Assembly (NCBI GenBank): GCA_004431415.1
Contig: QPMI01000453.1
Location: 62,001 to 126,000 of the forward strand
Source: Cyanophora paradoxa CCMP329
Taxonomy: Eukaryota; Plantae; Glaucophyta
Reading direction: 5' to 3'
Length of the DNA: 64,000 nucleotides
In this document: piece after piece, positions 1-11,744 of the stretch
Layout: each line of letters starts with the position of its first letter
Numbering within the stretch: position 1 is the stretch's first letter
Position numbers and translations under genes: made by a program
Notes under the pieces: generated by a model
Seen by the model: the letters and a program-made list of their open reading frames with translations, nothing else
Databases searched by the model: none
What the model was told of the DNA's origin: nothing

Positions 1-3000
1 TAGGAATGAGGCGGGCGGCGGCAGCGGCGGCGGGGCGCACGGAACGGGGGCGGCTCCGGCCCGGCCCTTCTAGGAACGGCGGCGGCTTCCTAACGGGGTG
101 GGGTGGGGCGGGGCGGGGCGGACGCGGCGGGCGTTCTAGAGACCCGCTCTCGCGCTTCAAGGAACGATCTCTCTCCTAGGGTCTCCTAGGCGGAGCGGGA
201 GGGGCGGGGCGGCTTCCTAACGGGGCGGGGCGGGGCGGGGCGGGGCGGACGCGGCGGGGGTTGTGGAGGCCGTAGGCCTTGAGGATGGCCTCCAGCCGCT
301 CCGCCACGGGCCTGCGCATGGGCGTTGGGGAGGCGTTCCCGTAGACGGCTTGTCCACTAAGAGAAGAATCTTAGAACTAAAAGAATCCCCTAGTAAGAAA
401 AGACGCCGCCACGGGCCTGCGCGGGCGTTGCAGGAGGAGGAGGAGGAGGAGAGGGGGAAGCGCTGGGAAGCCGAGCGAGCCGCCGTAGACGGCTTGTCCA
501 CTAAGAGAAGAATCTTAGAACTAAAAGAGTCCCCTAGTAAGAAATCCCCGTTGCAGGAGGAAGAGGAGGAGGAGGGGGAGGAGGAGGAGGACGAGGAAGC
601 TAAGAGCTGTGCGAATCTCTAACTAAGAGAAGAAGCTTAGAACTAAGAGGCTAACTAAGAGAATCTCTAACTAAGAGAAGAAAGACAAGCTGGCGGAGGG
701 GAAGGGCGTACACGTCGAAGGCGGAGTCGGAGGCGCCGGGGAGCTCGGAGCCGTGCTCGCCCATCGCCGCCATGTGCGCCACCGCCCGCACCGCCGCCCG
801 CGCAGTCTTCGGAGGGGGGTACGGTGAGTGTGTGAGAGAGAGAGAGAGAGGGAGAGAGAGGACGCGGCGGCGGCGTTGTGGGTTCATCTAAGCGTCTATG
901 CTTCGTTCGTCTCGGCAGCACCTTCATAGATGCATAGATAGATCAAGAATCAAGAAGACCCTATATATAAAGAGCTTCTTCAGGGTCTTATATATAAGCA
1001 CCTTCAGGGTCTTCTTGAAGCGCGCGGTGACGCCCCCGGCCCCGGCCCCGGCCCCAGCGCCGCCCTCGCCCTTGGCCGACGCCGCGCCGCCCCCTTGCTG
1101 CGGCTCCGGCTCGTCGGCGCTCGCCGCGTTCTCCGCCCCGATGCGCGCCGCGGCGGCCAGATCCAGCAGCTTGAGAGCCGGCTTGGGCTTGATGTTGCCG
1201 GCCGGCTTCGGGGCCGCGTCGCCGTCGCCGTCGCCGCCGCTTTCAAAGGCGGCCGCCTCTGCGGGGGCGGGCGGGCGGGGGCCGCTCAGGGCCGGAGGAG
1301 GAAGGGAGGGGAGAGGGGGGGGGGGAGGGGGAGGGGGGTATGCGCACTGCGGAAGCGGACGGAGACGCTGCCGGCCGCCGGGGACGGGCCCTCTGCAGCC
1401 GACGCCGGCGCCGGCGCCGGCGCAGCCTCAGCGGCGGCGGCCGGCGCCGACGAGTCGTCCTCCTCAGCGGTCGGATCGTCTCGGGCCCGCCTGGGCGCGC
1501 GCGCGGGCGGATCAAATCTCGGATCAATTCTCGGATCAAATCTCTGCTCTACGCACTTGGCCATGAGCCCGACGGCGCGCGCCATGGAGATGACCTTCTC
1601 CCCCTCCCCGTGCCGCGAGAAGTACTGCGCCGAAAAAGTCTCAGAGCGCACGCGCTTGAGGCCACTGCCGCAAGCGCAAGAGGCCTCGTAGGGAGAGGAG
1701 TTCGAGGGGGCGCGCCCGCGCGCCTTTAGGATGGCGTTTATAGCTTAAGAGCGCGTAAAAAGAGCTGTGCTTTAGGGCGCTCAAAAAGAGCTTGAGAGCG
1801 CTTATGTAGTAAGGCGGCGGGGTCGTAGGCGGCGGCGGAAACGTCTCAGATCCTACATCTAAAGCTCTTGCCCGCGCGGCTCTATGATGGCCCGAGGGCG
1901 CGCGTTCGCTCGCCTTGAGGATGGCGTTCATGGGGTTGTAGACGGCAGCAGCTTAAGAACGCTAAAGAGGAGCTTATAAAGAGCTTATATAAGAGGACGG
2001 CGCTCGCTCTCGCTCGCCTTGAGGATGGCGTTCATTGGGTTGTAGACGGCGGCGGCCTAAGAGTGCTAAAGAGGAGCTTATAGAGAGCCTAAGGACGATG
2101 CGCTTAAGAGGCCTTATAATTAGGCTTAAGAACGCTTAAGAAACCTTGAGGATGGCGTTCATGGGGTTGTAGACGGCGGCGATGATCTCGACGTGCCGCC
2201 GCTCGAACTTGCGCCTCCCCGCCGCCTCCTTCTTCTGCTGGAGGACGCGCTCGTGGGAGCGGTCGGCCGCCAGCACGTGCTGCACGATCTGCGGCCCGAG
2301 GGGAGAACTTTAAGGCGGGAAGCTCGAAAGGCGAGGGCGAGAGAAGCAGTGCCAGAGCGGGAGGTTTTATCGTATCGTAGTTCTCCTATTCGCATCCTAG
2401 TTCTCACAAGCTCCTCGTTCTCATGAGCACAGACGTGCGGACCTTCGCTGAGAGGGCGCCCAGCAGGCCGATGCCCATGCAGGCGACGAGGATGGCGACG
2501 GCGCGGCCGACGACCGTCCGGGGGGCCAGGTCCCCGTACCCGATCGTCCCCAGCGTCCCCAGCGCGAACCTGGGGGGCGGGAGGGGGGGAGGGAGGGGGA
2601 GGAGGATTGGTAAGAAGGAAGGATGTGAATGAAGCAAGCATGCCCGTCTAAGCGTTCCCGGCTGCCCGGCGTCCCCCGCGCGCAGGCGCGCAAGGCAGGC
2701 CCCCGGGGTTCTCTCTGTGTACCCCTCCCGAGGCGTCCTCCCCTTATGCGTTCCTCCCCAGGAGCAGCGTCCAAGCGAGGCAGAGGACGGTGCAGAGGTC
2801 GGTCCTGGACGTCAAGTCGCTTGGCGAGCTCCCGCTCTAGAAGCGACAGCCACCATACCATATCTATCATGAGCAAGGCAAGGCAACCGCCCCAGGCCCC
2901 AGGCAGTCAAGGCAAGGCAAGGCAGCCGCCTACAACCGCCGTAAGACGGATGGAAGCGAGGGACACTCCAGCCCGCCCCACGGCCGCCCGCCCCAGCCCG

Positions 3001-6000
3001 CCCGCCCCAGGCCTAGGCCGCCCGCCCCAGCCCGCCCGCCACAGGCCTAGCCCGCGCCGTCTACTCACCAGATGACGTTGCCGAGATCCCGAAAGTCGGA
3101 CTGGCCCGTCTGCTCCACGATCTTGAGCACGATCGAGGCCGCGAGGATCTGCGGGGGGGAGGGAGGGAGGGAGGGAGAGGGGGGGAGGCGCCAAGGACGT
3201 GTCATGTGAGGCTTGCAGGCTTTACCAACTAAAGCTTTCTTTCGAGCGAGCTTCGGGGGCGGGAGGGCGGACCATGGCGGATGTGAAGAGGGAGAGGAAC
3301 GCGACGGGCCGCTCGACGATGAGGACGACGAAGAGGTTCTGGCGGGAGAGGCGCCGGTAGGCCCGGAAGGCCCGGAAGACCTGGCCGGGGGTACGGCGTA
3401 AGGGAGAGGGTACGATGAGGCGCCGGAGGGCGCCGGAGGGGAGGGGGAGGGGGGGAACGGCACCTTGAAGAACCGGAAGAATCGGAAGGCGCGGGCGAAG
3501 CGCGTCACGACGATGACGTTGAGGAGGCCGAGGCCGCCCGTCCCCGACGCCACCCCGGGGATGTCCGTCAGCACTGAGGGGAAAAGAGCGTCAAAAGAAA
3601 AAAAGGAAAAAGGGAAAGAAAAGGAGGGGGGTACGCACGGGAGGGGAAGTCGGCCCAGTTGGCCTTGAAGAACTTCCAGAAGGACATGGGCCGGTTGCGG
3701 ATGAGGAAGCGCATGATCAAATCCAGGGCGAAGGCCGTCGAGAAGAAGAAGTCGACCCAGACGAAGGTCGCCGTGAGGCGCGCGGGGATGCCGCCGTAGG
3801 GGTAGAAGGGTACGAGCACGAGCGCGAGGGAGACCAGGGTCATGACCAGGAGCCCCGTCCGAAGGAGCATCTCGAGGCGGCTGACGAGCGGCGGCAGGCG
3901 GACGCGGGGGCCCGGCGAGAGCGTCGGCGTGGGCCCTCCCACCGAGGAGGCGTCGTTTGCAGCCGCTGGCTGCACCATAAAGCTGCCGTTCACGGATCCG
4001 CCAGGGAGCGGGCGGGGCCGGAGCCCCAAGATCGTCGGCGCCTCGGAGGAGACGGAGGCCGAGCGGCTAAGCATACCCCCCGAGGACGACATCCCGGAGA
4101 AAACCGTACCCCCCGCGACGCTCCCCTCGAACGGGTCGAGGGGCGCCACGCGGAGGCCGCGGGTGAGGCGCCAGTAGTACACAAGGAACGCCGCCATGCC
4201 AACGACAGCGGCGAAAACGACGCAGGCGTAGACGATGTAGAGGTGGATCAATTCCGAGGTGCAGGCGGAGCGCTCGGCGCTGGTCACGCAGGATCCCGAG
4301 GCGGCCCAGATGTCCTCCTCGTCTCCCACTCCGTCGTTGTCCGAGTCACTAAAAGGAGGAGAACAGACAACTCTTTAGAACCAAGAACGTGCTTGCTCAA
4401 TCTACACATAAAAGTGTGATTACCGCCACTCGGCGCCGTCCGTGGGGAACGCGTCGTTGCTGTCGAAGACGCCGTCGTTGTCCTCGTCCAGATCGATCAG
4501 GTTGAAGCGCGCGTCCCCGCCCTAAAAGAAAGAAAGAAAGAAATAAGAGAGCAAAGAGATGGATAAAGAGAGATAGATAGACAGAGAAAGCACCGAGGCG
4601 TCCACGTCCTTCCACACGAGCTGGTCCCGGTAGATAGCGACGGAGAGGAGGGGCCGGGGCGCCCCCGCCGGCAGCGCCCGGCACGCGGAGAAGTGCCAGG
4701 GGTCCGCAGACGAGGCGCTCCACCGGAGCACGTGCACGTCCCGCGCCGCGCCGGCGCCCTGTACCCCCCGCGGTGTCGGGGAGGTGGGGGGGGGGGGGGG
4801 GGGGCAAGAAGAGAGGGTGTGTGGAGGGGTTCAGGCGCACGCGATAAAGAACGAAGGCGCCGGCGGAGGCGGCCGCTATGGAGAGCGGCTGCGGCGAGAA
4901 GCTCCCGGGTACGTCTACCGCGCCGGTGAGAAAGACTGAGAGGGGCGGAGGCGAAGAGGTAGGGGGGTACCGGTCCAGGAGGCAGTCTCAAGGGAGTAGA
5001 GGCGGAGGATGGAGGAGGAGCGGGCGGCGTCGGACAGGGAGAGCAGCGCGTACCCCCCAGAGATCCTCATCCCCTGCACGCAGACGTGCTGGGGGTACGC
5101 GGCTGCGGAGGCCTACCTCAGAAAAGGAAAAAATGGAAAGGAAAAGGAGAGGGGCGCACGGGAGGACCAGGAGGAGGGGGGGAAGGAGAAGGCGTCACGG
5201 GAGGGGAGGAGGAGGAGGCGGATAACGGCGTCCGAGAGGCACGAGGCGGGGTCCGGGGCCACGAAGTGCTCCGAGTCGGCGAAGAGCGCGGTACCCGTCT
5301 CGAGCCACGCGGCCGCGCAGAGGGGCGGGCCTCCCTCCTCGCCCCCGCCGGCCTGCAGAAGGTCCATCTGGGACAGGAAGGCCCGCCGGGCCCGCAGCGG
5401 GCTGCTGAGGGCCTCCGGGCTACCCCCGTCCAGCGAGACGAGCGCCACGGTCGCCTCGGGGACGCCTGTACCCCCCGCTCCCCGCGAGAACTCCGTGTAG
5501 AAGGCGTGGGATCCGCAGGTCTCTACGGCCGTCCGAGAGGCGTTCGCAGGCAGGGGCGGCAGTGCCAGCTGCGGGGCGCGTCACGGAAGGAAAGAAAGAG
5601 GGTGCGGGGAAGGGGCGGTGCGGGCCTTCAGAGTGCTCGTCTCAGCGACAAGGTAAATGCGCTGGTCGGCAGCGGCGGGCGCCCCCGCAGGAGCCTCCAC
5701 CCAGGACACGTGCTGGTCCCCACCCCGCAGCTGCCTGCGCCCGCCCGGTTTAGACGAGCGGCGGACCCGCCTGAGCCTAGGGCGAACGCACTTGGGCTCC
5801 CGCGTGTCGAACATAAGCACGCGGCTCCGTTCCTGCGGCGGGGCGGGCGGGGCGCTCGGCGCGGGGCGGGGCGGGGCGGGGCGGCGCGCGGGGATTGGCG
5901 GCGGGGCGCGGCGCGGCGGACCGGGTAGCTCTCGAGGTAGAGCCCCACGGGGTTGGTCCCCGAGTTCGTTATGCTCGCCAGCGGGTCGCTGTTGGTCGCG

Positions 6001-6534
6001 TCGAGGCCCATGAGGTCCAGATAGGATCGGAAGTTCTGCTCGTAGCTGCGGCGCGTCAGCCGCAGCAGCGCCGCGCGCGCGTGGCTTGGCGGGGCCGCGC
6101 TGACCCGACCATTTGCAGGGAGAAGCACTTCTCCACGCCGTCCACATCGCTATCGATGTAGTAGATCGTGTCCGACCAGAAAGCCAAGCGCGACTCTGCA
6201 GCGCGCGCCGGGGATCAGCAGCTACGCCTGTAGAGAGAACCTTATGCGGGCGCTCACCGTGCTTGAAAGGCCCGTGGGGCGACGGGGCAAGGGACGTGAA
6301 GTTTTTAGAGAGGCGCTTCACGGGCAGGTGCCCGCGGTAGTCCTGCAGGTTCCAGCTGAAGGTCTCCTCATTGAGTATGCTACAGCTGTGCTCGGTGTCC
6401 CACACAGAGAGCGAGCCGCGGGGCGTCAGCGTCTCGGGATCCAGCGGCCTGCCAGTGAACGGGGCGCCGAGGCAGCCGGTGGCCAGTGCTAGCAGAGCCA
6501 GCACGAGGGCCTGCGCTGCCAGCGCGGCGCGCAT
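1..6534 (-). CDS. Multi-exon voltage-gated-type (6TM) potassium channel with signal peptide, large ectodomain, TSP3-like Ca-binding repeats and an extra TM helix; the 3' end appears to run off the window start
   Basis: Signal peptide MRAALAAQALVLALLALATGCLG at 6534. Repeats DLDEDNDGVFDSNDAFPTDGAEWRDSDNDGVGDEEDIW at ~4310-4510. TM LYIVYACVVFAAVVGMAAFLVYYW. S4-like TRFARAFRFFRFFK|VFRAFRAYRR at ~3340-3510. Pore FALGTLGTIGYGDLAP and S6 GRAVAILVACMGIGLLGALS at 2440-2570. The downstream exons are less certain. Confidence 0.85.
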
Positions 6535-6641
6535 GGCACCCGCTGCTGCGCTCTGCGCTGCTCTTGTGGGAGTTTTTTTTGCGCCGCTCTTCCCCCTACC
6601 CCTGAACCTCGCCTTCGGCCTTCCGACGGCCTTCGTTTGCG
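6535..6641. promoter_or_regulatory. Probable very compact bidirectional promoter between the K+ channel and TRIP4
   Basis: Only 107 bp separate the two divergent ATGs (6534 on -, 6642 on +). Confidence 0.55.
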
Positions 6642-8229
6642 ATGTCCGTGGAGCAGCAGCTCGCCGCGGGCCTCGCGTCCTGGCTGACTGGAGAGCTCGC
6701 GAAGCACGGGGTTCGCTCGCCCCGCCGCGCGCTCACGCGGGACCCGGGCTCATGAGCGCGTCAGGCGAGCTACGGAGGCGACGAGTCTATCGCCCAGTAC
6801 CTCCTCTCGATCGAGGGAGACGATGATCTGGCCGCTTACATACAGGTTCGTTCAAGTTCGGCGGCCGTCAATCCACATGAACGCGCTCACGGCGCTCATC
6901 GTGTCGCGTGCAGAGCTTCCTGGGGGATACGCGCGAGATCTCGGAGCTCAGCGCCGAGCTGATCAGGCGCCGCAAGGCGCTCGGTGGCCCCGCGGCGGCG
7001 GCGGCGGCGGCGCGCGCCGCCCCGGCGTCGCCGGAGCCCGCACAGGCGTCGCCCGCCGTGGGCGGCTTCTACCTCAAGAAGCAGGACGAACCCGCACCCG
7101 CGTGCGCCCGCCCCGCACGCCTCCTTTCCATCCCCCGCGAGAGCCGCGCCGCGCCGCGCCGCAGGCCGGCGCCCGCGAAGAAGAAGGGCAAGGAGAAGCA
7201 GCCGGCGGGCGAGGCGGGCGCCGCGGCGCAGCAGCAGCAGCAGGCGGCGCAGGGATTGACGCAGGAGGACGTGGACAAGGCCCGGCAGGGGCTCGCGCCC
7301 CAGGAGCGCTCCCGCTTCGGCGGAATCGTCGTGTCCAAGGGGCGCGCGGGCAAGGGCAAGACCGTGGACCCCGCCGAGCTGGCGCAGAGGGGACTGCTGC
7401 TGCCTGGCCGCCGCCGCTGCGACTGCATGGCCACTCGGCACCGGCTCGTCGGAAATTGCATCACATGCGGCAAGATCGTGCGCCCGGCCCGGCCCGCCCG
7501 CGCTCACATGACCTTCCCCTCGCTCGCTCGCTCGCTCGCGCTCATATGATCTCGCCCCGGACAGGTCTGCGAGCAGGAGGGGGAGGGTACGTGCCTTTTC
7601 TGCGTCGAGCTCCAGGCGGCCGCCGCCGGGGGGCCCGAGGCCGCCGCCGCCGCCGTCGCCGCCGCCGCCGCCGAGGGGTACGCCCGCATATGCATTTGTA
7701 TTTACGTACCCCGGCGCCCTTCCCTCTTCTCTGAATGTCGCGGCCGCCAGTCAGAAGAAGGGGAAGAAGTCGGCGGGGAAGGGCGACCTCCGGGCTACCG
7801 CGTTCATGCAGACGGACCCCCGGCGGAGCGGTGCGGGGCCTCTACCCCCCCCCCCTCCCCATCCCCCCTCCTCATCCGAAGCAGAGCCGAAGCGGGTGGC
7901 GGGTAAGGGCGCGAGCACGGACCCGCAGGCCGGTGCGCGCGCAGCGCCGCCCCGCCCGGCCGCCCCCACTCTCCTTCCCAGCCGACGCGTGCACAGGGGA
8001 GGAGGCACGGCTCGAGAGGGCCCTCGCCCAGTGCGCTCTCTGGCACACACACTCTACTTAGGCTACTGGGCCCGCCCCACTAGGCCCACTTCTACGTTGC
8101 TCACGGGAGGGGCGGGGCGGCGGGCAGGAAGAACAAGCTGGTGGAGTTCGACCGGACGGCGGCCCAGCGCACCGTCATCATCGATGACCAGGCGAGCGCG
8201 CCGCGGCGGGGCGGGGCGGGGGGCCGGGG

Positions 8230-8262
<33 letters not shown>

Positions 8263-11200
8263 GAGCGGGCGGAGTGGGGCGGGGCGGAAAGAGCACCCCG
8301 ATTGAGCGGGAACTCCTAACGACGACCGCGACCGCGCGTTCCGCTCCGACTGACTCTTGCGCGACACGTCCCGCTCCGGCTGATATTCACTGACCTCCAT
8401 GCAGACGGACTGGTACGACACGCGGTGGATGAGCGCGTGTCGTGCCGGTCCATTAGAGTTCATTAGTAAAAGGAACACTAGCCTCATTAGTTCATTAGCA
8501 CACACAAGTTCATTAGTTCGTTAGTACACCGTGGCACGCGCCACCAAAAGTTTAGTACACCGTGGCACGCGCCACTTACAGCGTAGCCCTCTTCCACTAA
8601 CGGTTTGGCCTCCCTCTCGCAGACGGACTGGTACGACACGCGGTGGATGAGCGCGGCGGAGCGGGACGCGAGCCTCGCGGCGGCCGCCGAGGAGAAGGCG
8701 CGGGCCGAGGAGGCGGCCCGCAGGGGGCGCTCCACCCGCCTCGCCATCGACCTCGCCGGTCCGCTCTTGACGACGCTCAAATTAAAGCTCAGAGAGCTTA
8801 TATCTTATATATCTTATATCAAATTAAAGCCGGTCCGCTCTTGACGACGCTCCTGAAGCTTAAAAGAAGCTTGGAAGCTTAATAGATATCTTCTGCTGTG
8901 TTACCTCGCCGGTCAGCGAGCCCTTCCATCTTAGAAAGAAGCTATCCGTCGAAGAGGCTATCCATCGAAGATCTTTAGATTTGAGCTTTAAGCCTAAGAC
9001 CTCGCCGGTGGGCGGGTCTCTCTTGTATGTAGCGTGCGAAGCTCTCGTTTCTGATACCTAATCCGACACACGATCGAAGGGCGGCGCGCCCGCGTGCTGC
9101 TGGACGACGAGGCGGAGGCGCTAGAGGCGGCCCAGGCGGGGGAGGATGGCGCCGGCGGACCCGCTCAGCCCGCCCGTGCGCCCCTCCCTCCCTCGAGCTT
9201 CCTCCATCCCTCCATCCCTCACTCACGGAGCGTGCAGCGCGGGGGGAGGATTTGGTGCGGACGGTGACGCGCGGGGCGGGGACCGACGCCGCGTCCGCGC
9301 GCCTCCGCCAGGCACGGGAGCCGTACCCCCCCCCCCTCCCCCCCCTTCCCTTCTGCCCCGCCCCGCCCCCTCCTCTCCCTCTTTCTCTCCTCCCGGCTCC
9401 TGGAGCCGGCGGCTAGACCCAAAGACCTGCAGCTGCTCCCTCCCGCTTAGAGATTCAACCGCGCGCCTCCGGCAGGCAAGCTCGAGCCCCCCCGGGCCGG
9501 CCGCCGGATCCCATCATGGCATAGATCTGATCTAGAACGGATCGATCAATACCAGATCTAGAGATCCGCTCCCGCTCCCCCCGGGCTCCAGGCTCCTCCG
9601 CGATTGGGCGCCGGTTGATTACAACCGGCTGCTCAAGTTATTCCATGCTAGATTCCGACTGACTGACTGATGATCAACGGCGGGCGCAGGCGCCGCTGAA
9701 GGAGGGGGCGGGCACGGGCCTCTTCCGCAACCCCTTCCTTGCCGTCGCCGCCCCCCGCTTCGTCTCGTCGACCCCCAAGCCCGAGGCGGCCAAGAAGAAA
9801 GAGAGCAAGGCGCGGCCCCCTTTCTTCCAACCTAGCTTCCTTATAGCTTCCTTAGCTTCCTTAGACGTTAGAAGGATGGCGGCGGCAAGAAGAGCAAGGC
9901 GCGACCCGCTTTTCTTCTCGCGATCCTGACGCTCTCTCTTTCGAGGCTTTTCCTTCCTAACTCTCGATCTCTTCTCTCAGGAGGAGGGCGCGCTGGCGGC
10001 GAAGGCGGCGGCGTTCCGCGAGGGCCAGCGGGAGCTGTCGCGGGGCATGGCGACCGTCCGCGCCTTCGACGAGAACGCCCGCCGGTGCGCGCGCTTCTGA
10101 GGGCTCTGGATCTCTAAGACATTCTGTTCGATGCGCAATTATAGGCTCTCTAAGAGCTCTTTAAGACGGTCTAGGTCCCCGTCTAGATCACGGAACGCCT
10201 TTGATGAGAACGCCCGCCGGTGCTTTCGCTTTTGAGAGCTCTTTAAGACGGTCTGCTAGAGGCGCAATTACAGCTCTTAGAGGCGTGACCCCCCCCTTGC
10301 GCTTCTCCACCCCGTCTAGATACCCCCCCCCCCCCCCCCCCCCCCGCCCCCTCGAAGGGCTTCTTACGGGGGCGCGCGCGTGCGAACGAAGGGTGCTGGA
10401 GCGCGTGCAGCACGACGAGATGATCGCCTCGGCCCGGCCCCCCGCCGTGCGCGCTTCCCTTCTTCTTCTTCTTCTCCCTTCAACTCGCCTCTAAGATTCG
10501 ATTCTTCTTAGATCGAGGATCTTGAGGCGGAGCCGGAGGAACTGGCGCTGGCCTCAGGGGCCGACGAGGACGCTGACTTCTGGGGCGCCGAGCCCCGGAT
10601 TCGAATCGCCCCCCAGAAAGCGAACGTTCGCCAGAACGAGGAGGACGGGCCTGGGATGACCGAGGACGGCCCGTGCGTGGGGCGGAGGCCGGCGGCGGCG
10701 GCGGCGGCGGCGGACTCCGGCGCGGCGCTCAGCATGCACCAGCCGTGGGCGAGCCTCCTCGTCCTCGGGATCAAGCGCGTGGAGGGGAGGGGGTGGCCCA
10801 CGCCCCACCGGGGTACGCTGTGGATCGCGTCGACAGTGAAGGAGGCGGACCCGGAGGAGGTGAGGGATGTGGAGGGGTACTACTCCGCCCTCGCGCGGCG
10901 CGCGGGGCGGCCCCCGCCGGCCTTCCCGGAGGCGTACCCCTCCGGCGTCCTCCTGGGATGCGTTGACGTCACGGACTGCCTGAGCCACGAGCAGTGGACC
11001 GCGGTGCGGGGCCGGCGGCTTAAGCTCAGCTCAGTCAGTTTTTATGCCTCGCTTACGGTCGGCGCAGAGGCTAGAGGCGGGTGACTGCGCCTCTTGGCCC
11101 GAGGAGAACGACTCGCGATACGTATTCGTCTGCGAGCGGCGGCGGCGCCTCCCCGTACCCTTCCCCGTCCGCGGCCAGGCGCGCGCTCTCAGATCGATCT

Positions 11201-11326
11201 GATCTGATCTGATCTGAGCCGGGATCGCTGACGGCGAGTACGTACCTGGTGGCGCAGCACAAGATCTGGAGGCTGGATCCCAAGTCGTGGGAGACGGCCA
11301 AGCGCGCCGCCGCCGGCCTCGGCTGA
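6642..11326 (+). CDS. TRIP4: Activating signal cointegrator 1 (ASC-1/TRIP4), multi-exon
   Basis: C2HC5 zinc finger CDCMATRHRLVGNCITCGKI|VCEQEGEGTCLFC (7418-7603). KNKLVEFDRTAAQRTVIIDDQ. ASCH domain ALSMHQPWASLLVLGIKRVEGRGW...YPSGVLLGCV (10725-10980). Terminal exon HKIWRLDPKSWE, stop at 11324-11326. Confidence 0.93.
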
Positions 11327-11744
11327 TCCAGTTGGATTTCGCATTAATTGCGTCTTAAGATTTGTTATCGAATATTACACGGGTTCACAATAAGCACGTG
11401 CTCGCACGGAATACGCAAAATACATGGAAATCACTCACGGAAAGCCTAAGACTGCATAACCAGCGCCCCTTGAATGAATAACGAGACGTTGCAAGAAGAA
11501 AATACTAGATCCTGACGTCACGCGAGGGATCGCTTCGCGGCGCTAGCCTATCGACGGTCTACCGTACCCCCCTTTCTCTGTCCTCGTCTGGCCTACGCGA
11601 GGCTAGCTATAAAGAGGGGCGGTGTACCGCGCGCGCGCGCGATTGGAAAAAGCGATCGGATATCGATCGGTATCGAGGCCCTCTCAAGATAAGGAAGCTC
11701 TCAGAACACTTATGTACGTTATGTAGTGGACCGATCGCGATCAA

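Noticed and set aside
217-650. Plus-strand 119-aa ORF with an internal repeat
   Set aside because: The repeat is an intron/exon echo duplication on the minus-strand channel gene (~340-400 vs ~484-545).
1655-1690. SEC-C-like CACGSG in the K+ channel tail
   Set aside because: The downstream KxKxCC/CH ligands are missing.
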